NCBI GenBank assembly: GCA_022826945.1
Contig: JAJDTY010000023.1
Coordinates: forward strand, 115,390-147,389
Origin: Candidatus Binatia bacterium
Lineage (GTDB): Bacteria > Desulfobacterota > Binatia > Bin18
Length of the DNA stretch: 32,000 nucleotides
Direction of reading: 5' to 3'
Made by a program: the position numbers and the translations under genes. The notes under the pieces are model-generated. The model was not told where the DNA came from. It ran no database searches and saw only the letters and a program-made list of their open reading frames with translations. Every line of letters begins with the position of its first letter. Position 1 is the first letter of the stretch. Of the stretch, positions 31,281 through 32,000 are shown one piece after another.

Positions 31281-32000
31281 GTGGGAGTTGCACTCTACGC
31301 GCACGATATCTGTACCGCCACTAGAGGAAAGCTCAGGTGGGGTCGCCCGGACACGCTCTTTACCTCGGTCAGCATTGATTCGCGTCACATCGCTCCCCGG
31401 GCGCTGTTCGTCCCGCTCGCTGGCGAACAGGTCAATGGGCATCGTTATATTCCGGCTGCGGTGGAGGGAGGTGCGGCTGGCTTTCTTTTTTCGCCGTCTT
31501 TCCTGGAAAGAGCAAACGTGTCCTCCAACAACATGCAGATGCCAGACACGCTTACTCTTTTCGTGCCGCCGGACGGGGCCACCGGCATTGAAGTCGCCGA
31601 CCCGCTGCAAGCTCTCCAAGCCCTCGCCACCTGGCACCGCCAGCGGCTGTCCGCGCGGGTAATTGGGATCGCTGGCAGCAACGGCAAAACAACGACTAAA
31701 GAACTGATGGCCCAGGTCTTTACCGCTCAACGACCCACCCGGGCGACCCAGGGAAATCTGAATAATCACATCGGTCTGCCCCTGACCCTGCTGCGCGCCG
31801 CGTCGGAAGACGCCTTCCTGGTCCTGGAAATGGGGACGAGCGGTCCCGGAGAGCTCACCCTGCTGGGCCGCTTCGCACAGCCCCACATTGGTGTCATTAC
31901 CTCCATTAGCGAAGAACACACCGAGACGCTCGGTGACTTGGCCGGGGTGCTGGCCGCCGAAACCGAACTCCTGTCTGCGCTACCGCCCGACGGGGTGGCT
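31281..32000 (+). CDS. murF: UDP-N-acetylmuramoyl-tripeptide--D-alanyl-D-alanine ligase (MurF), N-terminal 240 codons; continues beyond the right edge
   Basis: Open-ended, so not in the track. My translation in the frame of 31281: (V)GVALYAHDICTATRGKLRWGRPDTLFTSVSIDSRHIAPGALFVPLAGEQVNGHRYIPAAVEGGAAGFLF...RVIGIAGSNGKTTTKELMAQVF...GNLNNHIGLPLTLL...LEMGTSGPGEL. An in-frame TAG at 31266 makes GTG 31281 the first possible start. Confidence 0.85.
   Translation, partial: MGVALYAHDICTATRGKLRWGRPDTLFTSVSIDSRHIAPRALFVPLAGEQVNGHRYIPAAVEGGAAGFLFSPSFLERANVSSNNMQMPDTLTLFVPPDGATGIEVADPLQALQALATWHRQRLSARVIGIAGSNGKTTTKELMAQVFTAQRPTRATQGNLNNHIGLPLTLLRAASEDAFLVLEMGTSGPGELTLLGRFAQPHIGVITSISEEHTETLGDLAGVLAAETELLSALPPDGVA
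31507..31561 (+). repeat. Palindromic repeat family X, copy inside murF (in frame)
   Basis: AAAGAGCAAACGTGTCC-TCCAACAACATGCAGATGCC-AGACACGCTTACTCTTTT. Encodes LERANVSSNNMQMPDTLTLF. Confidence 0.8.

Noticed and set aside
31349-31363. GGACACGCTCTTTAC in murF as an eighth repeat copy
   Set aside because: Only one arm-like string is present with no partner arm. The encoded TRGKLRWGRPDTLFTSVSIDSR is ordinary MurF N-terminal sequence rather than an insertion.
31185-31919. Upstream 245 codons of the 685-aa minus-strand ORF (track 29862..31919)
   Set aside because: Arg/Gly/Pro-rich sequence with no CCA-enzyme similarity. The opposite strand encodes a textbook MurF N-terminus (DSRHIAPGALFVPLAGEQVNGH..., IGIAGSNGKTTTKEL). 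cca therefore starts at ATG 31184, and the rest is an antisense shadow ORF.

Overview
32-kb chromosomal segment of a fairly GC-rich diderm bacterium (BamD-like lipoprotein, OprO/P-type porin). I recognised no rRNA, tRNA, CRISPR, transposase or integrase. Left arm, minus strand: cysD (partial) <- degenerate E1-like ORF <- cysM <- cysO <- MoeB/MoeZ-like E1, i.e. thiocarboxylate-dependent cysteine synthesis next to sulfate activation. Then a BamD-like lipoprotein with a ~270-aa polyacidic tail, and ppk1. Remainder, plus strand: mgtE; a SHOCT-domain lipoprotein; a five-gene translationally coupled operon (PlcP/LpxH-like metallophosphoesterase, HemL-like aminotransferase fused to an Mpo1/DUF962-like membrane domain, PEMT-like methyltransferase, DUF2147, GT4 glycosyltransferase); GST-like/ACR3/ArsC arsenic genes; a frameshifted CheY-like receiver; a complete Pho unit (OprO/P-like porin, pstSCAB, phoU, phoBR); convergent cca and divergent murF (partial). 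Main second-look items: (1) the PlcP-like/GT4 operon with three unassigned enzymes, a candidate new phosphorus-free lipid pathway in a Pho-rich neighbourhood; (2) a complementary pair of E1 proteins, one active but lacking the N-terminal RYxRQ helix and one degenerate but keeping it, which suggests a heterodimeric eukaryote-like E1 for CysO, whose C-terminus reads GGSG; (3) a 54-59 bp palindromic repeat family with seven copies, five of them in frame inside ORFs (murF, E1 paralogue, 5' ends of ppk, phoB and a lipoprotein ORF); (4) 11-bp-phased Pho-box heptamer arrays at ppk/mgtE, the receiver gene and the porin-pst operon; (5) tandem ~93-nt repeats in the ppk-mgtE spacer and twin hairpin-terminator modules bracketing the lipid operon. 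All functional calls rest on motif recognition by eye; no database search was run.
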